Source of the DNA: Alphaproteobacteria bacterium
GTDB lineage: Bacteria; Pseudomonadota; Alphaproteobacteria; MPNO01; UBA830
DNA length: 64,000 bases
Assembly (NCBI GenBank): GCA_964291215.2
Contig: OZ219791.1
Span: 2,176,001 to 2,240,000 of the forward strand
Direction of reading: 5' to 3'
The position numbers and the translations under genes are program-made. A model generated the notes under the pieces. It had not been told where the DNA came from, made no database searches, and saw only the letters and a list, made by a program, of their open reading frames with translations. Of the stretch, positions 10,027 to 19,578 are shown piece after piece. Numbering within the stretch: position 1 is the stretch's first letter; each line of letters begins with the position of its first letter.

Positions 10027-10989
10027 ATGGTCTCGTCTTTCATTTCAGCCGACTGGAGCAAGGACTCCAAGAAGCGGTCGGTATGGGTTGCGGATATGCA
10101 GGCCCGGCGTCTCCGGAAGGCTGAGCCGCCAGGATGGGATTTCAAGTCTGTCTTGGGACTGGCGAAGACGCTTCGGGACGCAGGCCCGGTGTTGATTGGC
10201 ATTGACGCAGCATTGGGGCTCCCCTCGGACTACTGCCGCCTTGCAGTCGAACAGTCCCTTCTGCGTCGGTCGGACACCTTTGTGGACTGGCTCCAGAGGT
10301 TCACTTCGGAGGGTGATTTTTTCGAGAAGGTCACGGATCCAGCATGCTGGCGTGTGAAACGGCCCTGGTTTGCGGTGCCGAAGGGACACGGTGGCCTCCG
10401 CTCGTTCACGAGCAAGGGAAAAGATGGCCTTCTCCGCCGGATCGACAAGGCGACGGGTGCCAAAACGCTCTTCGCCGTCAGCGGCATTCCGGGTACGGCA
10501 GGGTCTGCGACCCGGGAACTCTGGAAGGAGCTGATCCCGTTGCTGGCGGGAAAGCGGGAGTTCGCAATCTGGCCCTTCGAAGGCAAACTGCCCACTCTGC
10601 TTTGCAAACATGGCATCGTGCTCGCCGAAACCTATCCCGGACTCGCCTATGCTGCGGCGCTTGCCGACGATATTCCCGCTGCCCGGATGAGAATTGCCAA
10701 GACCCGTGAATTGGAACGCGAGGGCGCCTGTTGTCGCCTGACGAAGGCCGCTTGGGTCGCGAATTACAGCGTCGACCTCGGAGATCTCGATGCGGCGAGA
10801 TGCAACGACGACGACTTCGATGCCTGCCTCACGGCTGCCGCCCTTCTCCGGTGCGTCTGCGAGAAGAGGGAGCTTGCCGACTCCAAGTGGATTGACGCCA
10901 GGGTGGAAGGATCGATGCTTCTTGCAGGCCCTGTCGATCCCGCGTTGTCAGCGCGACGATCGCGAAAAAAAAGAGCTATAGCACCGTGA
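10027..10989 (+). CDS. DUF429-like predicted RNase H-fold nuclease
   Basis: N-terminal ADWS, IGIDAALGLP, IWPFEG, ETYP and DDFDA acidic motifs. Confidence 0.65.
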   Translation: MVSSFISADWSKDSKKRSVWVADMQARRLRKAEPPGWDFKSVLGLAKTLRDAGPVLIGIDAALGLPSDYCRLAVEQSLLRRSDTFVDWLQRFTSEGDFFEKVTDPACWRVKRPWFAVPKGHGGLRSFTSKGKDGLLRRIDKATGAKTLFAVSGIPGTAGSATRELWKELIPLLAGKREFAIWPFEGKLPTLLCKHGIVLAETYPGLAYAAALADDIPAARMRIAKTRELEREGACCRLTKAAWVANYSVDLGDLDAARCNDDDFDACLTAAALLRCVCEKRELADSKWIDARVEGSMLLAGPVDPALSARRSRKKRAIAP

Positions 10990-11849
10990 ATTTTTCTGGC
11001 GACGGTTCGGGTCCAAGACACTATTCCTGCCCCATCGATAGTTGCGGTCATATGTTCAAGCGTGGACGTAGCGGATGGGATGCGCATGTGGAATCATGGA
11101 AAAGACATCCTGACTGGCATCGGCACATCATTGATAAGTCCGAACGAAAGTGGCTGTTCCGACACACGTACCACGATTGGTTTGACGATCCACCTCCGCC
11201 CGTTCTGTACTCCGACACCGAGAAAACACTCTATCGCGAAGAGCAGAGCGGCAAGGAGGCCATGGCGCTCGATGCCCGAGCATGGAAATGGACGAAGCTC
11301 ACGAAACAGTTGCCTTTGAATGCTCGGCCGGTTTCCCTGAAGGATGCGCTGAAGCACGTGCACAAGAGCGGCGCGTGCCGGCTGGTGCCGGTGGGAATTA
11401 TCGGACCGCGTGAGGCGGATACCAAGCAGCGCCGGCTGGCGAAAGAACTCGGTCGGGAGATCGGACTGCTCGGCGTCCCGGTTCTCTGTGGTGGAAGGGA
11501 CGGTGTCATGGAAGCCGCGGCCGCGGGAGCGAAAAGCGCTGGCGCGCTGACCGTCGGTATCCTTCCTGACGATAAATGGTGCGCGGCCAACGATTACATT
11601 GATCTGCCGCTGGCGACCGGTCTCGGGTCGGCCCGGAACGCAGTGATTGCGCGAGCCTGTGAGGCGCTGGTCGCCGTGGGCGGCCTCCACGGGACCGTCA
11701 CCGAAGTGGCCTACGGGCTGCATTTCGGGAAACCGGTCTTCGGTCTGGCTGGCGCGCCGCAAGTTGAAGGCGCGCGCCATCTCGACAGTGTTACCGAAGT
11801 GGCCGGGGAGTTGCTGCCCATACTTTTGCGCTTCGGCAGGTTTGCATGA
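10986..11849 (+). CDS. TIGR00725 / LOG-SLOG family protein, possibly with N-terminal Cys/His extension (alternative start 11262)
   Basis: LCGGRDGVMEAA, TVGILP, ATGLGSARNAVIA, GGLHGTVTEVAYG; strong AGGAGG RBS before ATG 11262. Confidence 0.8.
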   Translation: MNFSGDGSGPRHYSCPIDSCGHMFKRGRSGWDAHVESWKRHPDWHRHIIDKSERKWLFRHTYHDWFDDPPPPVLYSDTEKTLYREEQSGKEAMALDARAWKWTKLTKQLPLNARPVSLKDALKHVHKSGACRLVPVGIIGPREADTKQRRLAKELGREIGLLGVPVLCGGRDGVMEAAAAGAKSAGALTVGILPDDKWCAANDYIDLPLATGLGSARNAVIARACEALVAVGGLHGTVTEVAYGLHFGKPVFGLAGAPQVEGARHLDSVTEVAGELLPILLRFGRFA

Positions 11850-11993
11850 TGGCAATGAGTCTGGGCGGTCAGGATCGACGGGCCGCTTCTGGCCTGGCTG
11901 TGAGGACCAGACGAAATGGCCTCTGCAACTTGGAGATGCGGATGTCGAGCGAACGATCGAGATTGCCGGGCCTGTCCAACGATCGGCGGACAC

Positions 11994-12030
11994 GGAAAAG
12001 GCCGCCAGAGATACCTCCGGCGGCCTTTCC
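11994..12030. terminator. Hairpin, likely intrinsic terminator downstream of tRNA-Asn
   Basis: GGAAAAGGCCGCC...GGCGGCCTTTCC inverted repeat between convergent genes. Confidence 0.6.
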
Positions 12031-12036
12031 GGAAAT

Positions 12037-12112
12037 TGGCTCCCCGGGAGGGACTCGAACCCCCGACCCAGCGGTTAACAGCCGCTTGCTCTACCAACTG
12101 AGCTACCGAGGA
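12037..12112 (-). tRNA. tRNA-Asn (GTT)
   Basis: Reverse complement TCCTCGGTAGCTCAGTTGGTAGAGCAAGCGGCTGTTAACCGCTGGGTCGGGGGTTCGAGTCCCTCCCGGGGAGCCA; cloverleaf with encoded CCA. Confidence 0.97.
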
Positions 12113-12322
12113 TCAGTGATGAGACCTTATATAACACCACCCGAGACCGTTTTCCACCCCGAAAACCGGCCTGGATTGCAGACATCATTGAAACAGGCGG
12201 CGGATCGTCCCGATTTCAGTCGGGACGCCTGCAGAATTGACCGGCCATGCGTGAGATTCTAGCTTGAGCAACCAGCGGTTGCCCAGCTACGTCAATTCTT
12301 TGGATATGCCCGGGAGGCAGGA

Positions 12323-13474
12323 ATGACAACTCATCGTCTCGGTCTGATCATGAACGGCGTCAGCGGGCGCATGGGGACGAACCAGCACTTGGTGCGTTCG
12401 ATCTGCGCCATCCGGGGCGAAGGCGGCTTGTGCCTCGGAAACGGCGACACCGTGATGCCGGACCCGATCCTGGTCGGCCGTAACGAAGCGAAACTGGCGG
12501 CACTTGCCGAAGCGAACGGCATCGCGCGCTGGACGACCGATCTCGACGCAGCGCTTGCGAACCCGGACGATACGCTGTTCTTCGATGCCGCGACCACGCA
12601 AATGCGCAAGGAGCTACTGCTCAGGGCGATCGATGTCGGCAAGGACATATACACGGAAAAGCCGGTTGCCGAGACGCTGGACGATGCGCTCGCTATCGCC
12701 CGTGCCGCCCGCGACCGGGGCATCCGGGCCGGTGTGGTGCACGACAAGCTGAGCTTGCCGGGCCTCATGAAGCTGCGAATGCTGCGTGATTCGGGGTTTT
12801 TCGGGCGCATCCTTTCGGTGCGCGGCGAGTTCGGTTACTGGGTTTTCGAAGGCGATTGGCAATCGGCCCAACGACCGTCATGGAACTATCGCAAAGCCGA
12901 GGGCGGCGGCATCATCCTCGATATGCTGTGCCACTGGCGCTATGTGCTCGATCACGCGGTCGCGCCGGTCCGGTCCGTCTGCTGCCACGGTGCAACCCAC
13001 ATTCCCGAACGGCGGGACGAGGCCGGCGAACGCTACGATGCCGACGTCGAGGACGCGGCCTACGTGATGTTTGAACTCGAAGGCGGCATTGTCGCCCAGA
13101 TCAATTCCTCTTGGTGCACGCGGGTGCGGCGGGACGATCTGGCGACCTTCCATGTCGATGGCACCCATGGCTCTGCGGTTGCCGGGCTGACCCGGTGCTT
13201 CAGCCAAGCCCGGGTCAACACGCCCAAGCCGGTCTGGAACCCGGATGTGCCCCAGACTATGGATTTCCGCGCTGGCTGGCAGGAGGTGCCCGACAACCGG
13301 ATCTATGAAAACGGCTTCAAGACCCAGTGGCAGGATTTCATCCGCCATCTCTATGAGGATGCGCCCTGGGACTTTACTCTCCTCTCCGGGGCCAAGGGTG
13401 TACAACTTGCCGAACTTGGCTATCGCAGCTGGCGTGAGCGGCGCTGGGTCGACTTGCCGGAACTGGAGCTCTGA
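12323..13474 (+). CDS. Gfo/Idh/MocA oxidoreductase
   Basis: NGVSGRMG, YTEKP, RPSWNYR and GGGIILDMLCHW motifs. Confidence 0.9.
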   Translation: MTTHRLGLIMNGVSGRMGTNQHLVRSICAIRGEGGLCLGNGDTVMPDPILVGRNEAKLAALAEANGIARWTTDLDAALANPDDTLFFDAATTQMRKELLLRAIDVGKDIYTEKPVAETLDDALAIARAARDRGIRAGVVHDKLSLPGLMKLRMLRDSGFFGRILSVRGEFGYWVFEGDWQSAQRPSWNYRKAEGGGIILDMLCHWRYVLDHAVAPVRSVCCHGATHIPERRDEAGERYDADVEDAAYVMFELEGGIVAQINSSWCTRVRRDDLATFHVDGTHGSAVAGLTRCFSQARVNTPKPVWNPDVPQTMDFRAGWQEVPDNRIYENGFKTQWQDFIRHLYEDAPWDFTLLSGAKGVQLAELGYRSWRERRWVDLPELEL

Positions 13475-13476
13475 CT

Positions 13477-14643
13477 GTGCCCTCGGTCGACCTGCCGACC
13501 AACGATGGCCGGATGAAGGCCTACCGTCTCTCGCCGCCGCCCGTCTTCCAGCTGGCCAGCGCGGATGCGCTGCCGCGCGTCGCCTATGCCGCCGCCCATG
13601 TCGTCAACGATCCGCGTGTCGATAACGATCCCTGGCTCGACACCGCTCTCGACTGGGACGCGACGCTCGCCTACCGGGAACATCTTTGGTCGCTGGGCCT
13701 CGGCGTTGCCGAGGCGATGGATACCGCCCAGCGCGGCATGGGTCTAGACTGGCCGACTTCTCGCGATCTGATTCGGCGCTCGGTCGCTGCTGCGAAGGCG
13801 CGCGATGGCGGTGGGCCGATCGCCTGTGGTGTCGGCACTGATCATCTGGTGCCTGGACCGGACACCGGTGTGGACGAGGTGGTCCGCGCCTACGAGGAAC
13901 AGTGTGAGGCGGTTGAGGCCGTGGGCGGACGGATTATCCTGATGGCGAGCCGGGCGCTTGCCGCCTGCGCCGCCGGACCTGCCGATTACGAGATGGTATA
14001 CGGCCGTATTCTCCGCCAAGTGCGCGAGCCGGTGCTGATCCACTGGCTGGGCGAGATGTTCGATCCGGCGCTCGAAGGCTACTGGGGCACCGCTGACCAC
14101 ATGGCGGCAATGGATGTCTGTCTTTCGATTCTGTCTGCCCATGCGGACAAGGTTGACGGTATAAAGATCTCTCTGCTCGACGACTGCAAGGAGATCGCCA
14201 TGCGCCGCCGCTTGCCACCGAACATGCGCATGTATACCGGGGACGACTTCAACTATCCGGCGCTGATAGCCGGCGACGATGAGGGCTTTTCCCACGCCCT
14301 GCTCGGCATCTTCGACGCTATCGCCCCAGCAGCCAGCGCTGCTCTGCTCGCCATGGCGCGAGACGACATGGACCAGTATTACGAGACGCTGGCGCCAACT
14401 GTGTCTCTGTCGCGCCACATCTTCCGGGCGCCGACCCGCTTCTATAAGACCGGCATCGTGTTCATGGCGTATCTGAATGGACATCAAGATCACTTTACCA
14501 TGGTTGCCGGCCAGGAAAGTGCGCGCTCCACCCTGCACCTGAGCGAACTGTTTCGGTTGGCCGACAAGGCCGGCCTGCTGCGTGATCCCGAAACCGCGGC
14601 GTCGCGCATGGCCGCCGTGCTCGCGGTGCGCGGTGTCGTCTGA
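13477..14643 (+). CDS. DUF993 / dihydrodipicolinate-synthase-like TIM-barrel protein
   Basis: AAAHVV, AEAMDTAQRGMG, GIKISLLD, YTGDDFNY. Confidence 0.8.
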   Translation: MPSVDLPTNDGRMKAYRLSPPPVFQLASADALPRVAYAAAHVVNDPRVDNDPWLDTALDWDATLAYREHLWSLGLGVAEAMDTAQRGMGLDWPTSRDLIRRSVAAAKARDGGGPIACGVGTDHLVPGPDTGVDEVVRAYEEQCEAVEAVGGRIILMASRALAACAAGPADYEMVYGRILRQVREPVLIHWLGEMFDPALEGYWGTADHMAAMDVCLSILSAHADKVDGIKISLLDDCKEIAMRRRLPPNMRMYTGDDFNYPALIAGDDEGFSHALLGIFDAIAPAASAALLAMARDDMDQYYETLAPTVSLSRHIFRAPTRFYKTGIVFMAYLNGHQDHFTMVAGQESARSTLHLSELFRLADKAGLLRDPETAASRMAAVLAVRGVV

Positions 14644-14657
14644 GGCCTGGATGGGCT

Positions 14658-15512
14658 GTGGTGCGTGATTTCTCGAACGATACGGCGCTCCTGTCCCTCA
14701 ACACGGCGACAGTCAGTGCGCAATGGACGCTAGAGCAATGCATCGACGGTTGCGTCCGGCACCACATCGGCGGTATCGCGCCGTGGCGTGACAAGTTGGA
14801 CGAATGCGGCGCGGTGCGGGCCGCCCGGCTGATCCGCGAGGCTGGCCTCCGGGTTACCGGCTTGTGTCGGGGTGGCATGTTTCCGGCGGCAACCCCGGCA
14901 GGCAGACAGGCGGCGTTCGACGACAACCGAAGAGCGGTGGACGATGCAGCGACCATCGGTGCGGAATGTCTGATCCTCGTGGTGGGAGGCTTGCCCGAGG
15001 GCTCAAAAGATATTGTCGGCGCCCGGATGCAGGTGCGCGACGGTATTGTCGCGCTGCTTGAACACGCGTGCGCTGCGGGCATGCCGCTCGCCATCGAGCC
15101 GTTGCATCCGATGTATGCCGCCGACCGGGCCTGTGTGAACACGCTCCGGCAGGCGAACGATCTGTGCGACGCGCTGGCTCCAGATGCAGATGGGAGCTTG
15201 GGCGTCGCGATCGACATCTATCACGTCTGGTGGGATCCGGAGTTGAAGGCAGAGATCTGTCGCGCTGGCGAAGTCGGCCGCATCCTGGGTTTTCATGTCT
15301 GCGACTGGCTGGTGCCGACGACAGACCTGTTGCTCGACCGGGGCATGATGGGCGACGGAGTCATCGACATTCGGAAAATACGCGGCTGGGTCGAGGCGGC
15401 GGGCTATGGCGGTGCGTCGGAGGTCGAGATCTTCTCCAAGGAGAACTGGTGGCGGCGTGACGCCGACGAGGTGTTGGAGACCTGCATCGCGCGCCACCAG
15501 ACGGCGGTTTAG
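14658..15512 (+). CDS. Sugar phosphate isomerase/epimerase (IolE/AP endonuclease 2 fold)
   Basis: LAIEPLHPMYAADR, DIYHVWWD, FHVCDW, GDGVID, EVEIF. Confidence 0.85.
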   Translation: MVRDFSNDTALLSLNTATVSAQWTLEQCIDGCVRHHIGGIAPWRDKLDECGAVRAARLIREAGLRVTGLCRGGMFPAATPAGRQAAFDDNRRAVDDAATIGAECLILVVGGLPEGSKDIVGARMQVRDGIVALLEHACAAGMPLAIEPLHPMYAADRACVNTLRQANDLCDALAPDADGSLGVAIDIYHVWWDPELKAEICRAGEVGRILGFHVCDWLVPTTDLLLDRGMMGDGVIDIRKIRGWVEAAGYGGASEVEIFSKENWWRRDADEVLETCIARHQTAV

Positions 15513-15517
15513 GCACG

Positions 15518-16582
15518 ATGGTACGTACTGTGGCGAACATTCCGGAGGCGGTGCTGGCGCGGTTCCGCGCCGGCACGGCGATTCCTGCCCACCCGCTGGC
15601 GCTGACCGCGTCCCGAACATTGAACGAGCGGAGGCAGCGGGCGCTGAGCCGCTATTATATTGATGCGGGTGCGGGCGGGCTCGCAGTTGGCGTCCATACG
15701 ACGCAATTCGCGATCCGTGAAGCCGGACTGTACGAGCCGGTGCTGCGCCTCGCCGGTGAAACGGTGGCGGATTGGGCCGAGGCTCCGTTACTCATGATCG
15801 CCGGAGTTGCGGGTCGGACCGAACAGGCACTTGCCGAAGCACAGGCCGCCGCTGGGCTCGGCTATCATGCGGTGCTGTTGAGCCTCGCCGCTTTCCGCGG
15901 CGCCTCGGAGGACGAACTGATTGACCATTGCCGGCGGGTGGCGCAGGAGATGCCGGTGGTAGGCTTTTATCTGCAGTCAGCGGTTGGCGGTGCTCCGCTG
16001 CATTTCTCTTTCTGGAGGCGCTTTGCGGAACTGGACAATGTTATCGGCATCAAGATCGCGCCGTTCACCCGTTACGGTACGCTCGACGTTGTGCGCGCCG
16101 TTGCCGAGGCTGGCGCGGAGGACCGCATCGCCCTCTATACCGGAAACGATGACAACATTCTGCTCGATCTTGTGACCCCGTGGCATCTTCCGCGCGATGA
16201 TGGAATGGTGGAGCTGCGCATTGTCGGCGGCCTGCTTGGGCACTGGAGCGTTTGGGTGAAATCCGTTGTCGGGATGCTGGATCGGGTCCGTACAGCTGTC
16301 GCCGAAGACCGGATCGACCGGTATCTGCTGGCATTAGCCGGCCAGATCACCGACTGCAATGCCGCCTTCTTCGACGCTGCCAACGGTTTCCGCGGATGCA
16401 TTGCCGGGGTGCATGAAGTGTTGCGGCGGCAAGGCCTCCTCGACGGTATCTGGTGCCTCGACCGAGAGGAGACCCTCAGCCCCGGCCAGGCTGCCGGAAT
16501 CGACAGGGTCTGCCAAGCTTATCCGTATCTCAACGACGATTCCTTTGTCGCGGAAAATCTGGAAAGATGGCTGTCGCCATGA
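15518..16582 (+). CDS. Dihydrodipicolinate synthase family lyase
   Basis: GVHTTQF, FYLQ, GIKIAPF (Schiff-base Lys), YTGNDD. Confidence 0.82.
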   Translation: MVRTVANIPEAVLARFRAGTAIPAHPLALTASRTLNERRQRALSRYYIDAGAGGLAVGVHTTQFAIREAGLYEPVLRLAGETVADWAEAPLLMIAGVAGRTEQALAEAQAAAGLGYHAVLLSLAAFRGASEDELIDHCRRVAQEMPVVGFYLQSAVGGAPLHFSFWRRFAELDNVIGIKIAPFTRYGTLDVVRAVAEAGAEDRIALYTGNDDNILLDLVTPWHLPRDDGMVELRIVGGLLGHWSVWVKSVVGMLDRVRTAVAEDRIDRYLLALAGQITDCNAAFFDAANGFRGCIAGVHEVLRRQGLLDGIWCLDREETLSPGQAAGIDRVCQAYPYLNDDSFVAENLERWLSP

Positions 16583-16635
16583 TCCGGGCCTGACCCGATT
16601 GGAGCTGAACGGCGAGCCGTCGGGAGGACGCGCAC

Positions 16636-17412
16636 ATGGGACCCGGACTGTCTGCACAAACGATCTGGCGCTGGACCGCCATCGTCCTTGTTCATCTGGC
16701 GGTCGTGCTGATCTGGTACCTCGCGGTCGAGCTGGGAGATGTACCCAAGTTCGTACTCGCTTCGCCCCAGGAGACCCTGCTGTCGTTGTTCGACACCTAC
16801 CCCTGGTTTCACAACACCATGGTGACGACGGCGGAGATCTTCGGCGGCTATTTCCTCGCCGTGGTCGTCGGGGTCGGCCTCGCCCTGCTGTTCTCCTGGT
16901 TTCGCGCGGTGGAGAACCTGCTGATGCCGCTGGTCGTTAGCTTGAACATGATTCCCAAGGTTGCGCTGGGGCCACTGATCATTGTCTGGTTCGACTACGG
17001 GATCGAGACCAACATTATCATCGCCTTTTCGATCAGTTTTCTGCCCATTCTGATCACTACCGCGCGCGGCCTGCGCGAGATCGAGCCCGACTTGATCGAT
17101 CTGGTCAGGACGCTGCGTGCCACGCGGCGGCAGATCTTTGTCAAGATTCAGCTACCCGGCTCGTTGCCCTATATCTTTTCCGGCATGAAGGTGGCGGTTG
17201 TTCTTGCGGTCGCCGGCGCCGTGGTCGGTGAGATCATTGCGTCAGATTCCGGGCTTGCCTATCTGATCGGCCAGGTCCAGGTAACTCTCGATACTGCGGC
17301 GATGATGATGGCGGTCATCCTGATTACCCTTGTCGGGGTCGCGCTTTACCTGATCGTTCTGGGGCTGGAGCGCCTCGTCGTGGTGCGCGACGCCCGGGTC
17401 GAAACCGTATGA
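16636..17412 (+). CDS. NitT/TauT-type ABC transporter permease
   Basis: [12 protein letters not shown]-like loop, [12 protein letters not shown]. Confidence 0.9.
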   Translation: MGPGLSAQTIWRWTAIVLVHLAVVLIWYLAVELGDVPKFVLASPQETLLSLFDTYPWFHNTMVTTAEIFGGYFLAVVVGVGLALLFSWFRAVENLLMPLVVSLNMIPKVALGPLIIVWFDYGIETNIIIAFSISFLPILITTARGLREIEPDLIDLVRTLRATRRQIFVKIQLPGSLPYIFSGMKVAVVLAVAGAVVGEIIASDSGLAYLIGQVQVTLDTAAMMMAVILITLVGVALYLIVLGLERLVVVRDARVETV

Positions 17413-18194
17413 CTGGCGCGCCGGCCACTCGCGGTGAGCCCTTTATCCGCCTCGTCGGCGTGAGGAAGGTATTCCGCACCCGCCGCCAGGAATTCCTCGC
17501 GGTTTCCGACGCCACTTTCGACGTCAACGAGGGGGAGTTGGTATCGATCGTCGGGCCGTCGGGATGCGGCAAGACCACTCTGCTCAAGATTGTCGCCGGG
17601 CTCTATCCGCACGATGGCGGTACGCTGCAGATCGGCGGGGCCGGCAGCGATTTCGATCCGGCGCGTGATGTCGGCATGGTGTTCCAGCAGCCGCTGCTGC
17701 TCAAGTGGCGGCGGGTGCTGGAGAATGTCCTGCTGCCCGCGGAGATTCTCGGCTTGCCCATGGGCGAGGCGCGCGAGCGCGCTTACGGTCTGATCGATAT
17801 GGTCGGCCTCGCCGGTCACGAGCAGAAATATCCCTACGAACTCTCCGGCGGCATGCAGCAGCGCGCCGCCATTGCCCGGTCGCTGGTCCACGATCCCAGG
17901 CTGATCTTGATGGACGAGCCGTTCGGAGCGCTCGATGCGTTGACCCGCGAGCGCATGAACCTGGAGCTGCTCCGCATCTGGGAGCAGAGCCGCAAGACCA
18001 TCCTGTTCGTCACCCACGGCATTGCCGAAGCGGTCTTTCTCGGCACGAAGGTCGTCGTGCTTACCGCCGGGCCGGCGCGCATGGCGGACCGAATCGACAT
18101 CGGCCTGCCCCAGCCGCGTACCCTCGACATGAAGACCCATGAACGTTTCGGCGGCTACGCCCGGCGCATCTATCACCTGCTCGGCGTAGAGTGA
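17409..18194 (+). CDS. NitT/TauT-type ABC transporter ATP-binding protein
   Basis: [30 protein letters not shown]. Confidence 0.93.
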   Translation: MTGAPATRGEPFIRLVGVRKVFRTRRQEFLAVSDATFDVNEGELVSIVGPSGCGKTTLLKIVAGLYPHDGGTLQIGGAGSDFDPARDVGMVFQQPLLLKWRRVLENVLLPAEILGLPMGEARERAYGLIDMVGLAGHEQKYPYELSGGMQQRAAIARSLVHDPRLILMDEPFGALDALTRERMNLELLRIWEQSRKTILFVTHGIAEAVFLGTKVVVLTAGPARMADRIDIGLPQPRTLDMKTHERFGGYARRIYHLLGVE

Positions 18195-18497
18195 TCCGGG
18201 ACTGTCCGCGCCCTCGAAGTTCGCGCGGCGTTAGGCCGGCGCATCACCAGTTCTGCTCGGCGCGCATCCATACCAGTCAGGGTCAGACTGTTTGAGGACG
18301 GTTGCCCCGATCGGCGTCGACTGTCATCAACAACCGGGTTGTGGCCTGCATCGGTGCGACGTAAGGTACCTTGTACCCGGTCGGTTACTTTCGGGAGGAC
18401 ATGCGGGTGCGCGGATGGTGGCCTCAACTGCCGTCGGCATCGATTTTCCGCACGCGCCTCGTCAATGAACCTGATCAGCAGCAAGATGGAGGGTATC

Positions 18498-19520
18498 ATG
18501 ATTGCACGAAAATCAGTGATCGCGCTGGCCGTTGCGGCGGCCGGCAGCTTGGGCGCGACGCAGGCCGGCGCTGCGGATAAGGTCGATTTCATCCTTAACT
18601 GGATCGCCGGCGGCGACCACGCGCCATACTATTACGCCCACAAGATGGGTTGGTATGCCAAGGCGGGTGTCGACCTCAACATACAGCAAGGCAAGGGCTC
18701 GTCGATGTCGTCACGCCGCACCGGTGCGGGCAAGAATCCGATCGGCCTGGCGGATCTCGGCACTGCGCTCGTCACCATGGGCAAGGGCGGCCAGATGGTT
18801 GCGGTGATGAACATATACGCCAACTCGCCCTATGGCATGTACTGGCTAAAGAGTTCCGGCATGAAGGGGCCGAAGGATTTTGCCGGCAAGAAAATCGGCA
18901 ACCCGCCGTGGGACGCCGCGCGCCAGATGTGGCCGGCCCTGGCCAAGAAGGTCGGCATGGATCCGGCTTCGGTAAAATGGGTCAACATCCAGCCGAACGC
19001 GAAGCTGGCCGCACTCAAGGCGAGGTCGATCGACATCACGACTTCGTTTTACAACATTCACCACATCTTCAAGCGGGAGCTGGGCGCGGATATGGGATTC
19101 TTCCCGTGGAAGACGTACGGCATCAACCCCTACGGCAACTCCATCATCGTCAACATGGATTATCTGAAGAAAAACAAAAAGACGGTGGCGGCGTTCGTCT
19201 CGGTGACCCAGAAAGCGTTCCAGACATGCGTGAAGACTCCGGCCCCCTGCATTGCGGCGCTCGTCGAGGCCAACAAGGGGCTTAAGGTCGCCAACGAGAC
19301 CGAAAACTGGGGTCTCGTGACCGAGCTGATGAGCGACAGGTTCTCGCGTACGGTTGCGCTCGGCTATTTCGATCCGGGCCGCATGAAGGCCGATCACGAG
19401 TTGATCAACACCTACTTCAAGATCGAGACCAAGTACGCCATCGAGGAGCGATACACCAACGAGTTCCTCGACCGCGGCATCAAGATGCCTAAGATCGACC
19501 GCAAGTCGGCCTTCGAATAA
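18498..19520 (+). CDS. NMT1/THI5-like ABC substrate-binding protein
   Basis: Signal peptide, LNW...DHAPYY, GKGS, YGNSII. Confidence 0.85.
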   Translation: MIARKSVIALAVAAAGSLGATQAGAADKVDFILNWIAGGDHAPYYYAHKMGWYAKAGVDLNIQQGKGSSMSSRRTGAGKNPIGLADLGTALVTMGKGGQMVAVMNIYANSPYGMYWLKSSGMKGPKDFAGKKIGNPPWDAARQMWPALAKKVGMDPASVKWVNIQPNAKLAALKARSIDITTSFYNIHHIFKRELGADMGFFPWKTYGINPYGNSIIVNMDYLKKNKKTVAAFVSVTQKAFQTCVKTPAPCIAALVEANKGLKVANETENWGLVTELMSDRFSRTVALGYFDPGRMKADHELINTYFKIETKYAIEERYTNEFLDRGIKMPKIDRKSAFE

Positions 19521-19578
19521 ACGTCACTGCACCCGGCGGCGGCCCGCTTCTGCGTTTGGCTGCCGCCGGAGGACGCCG

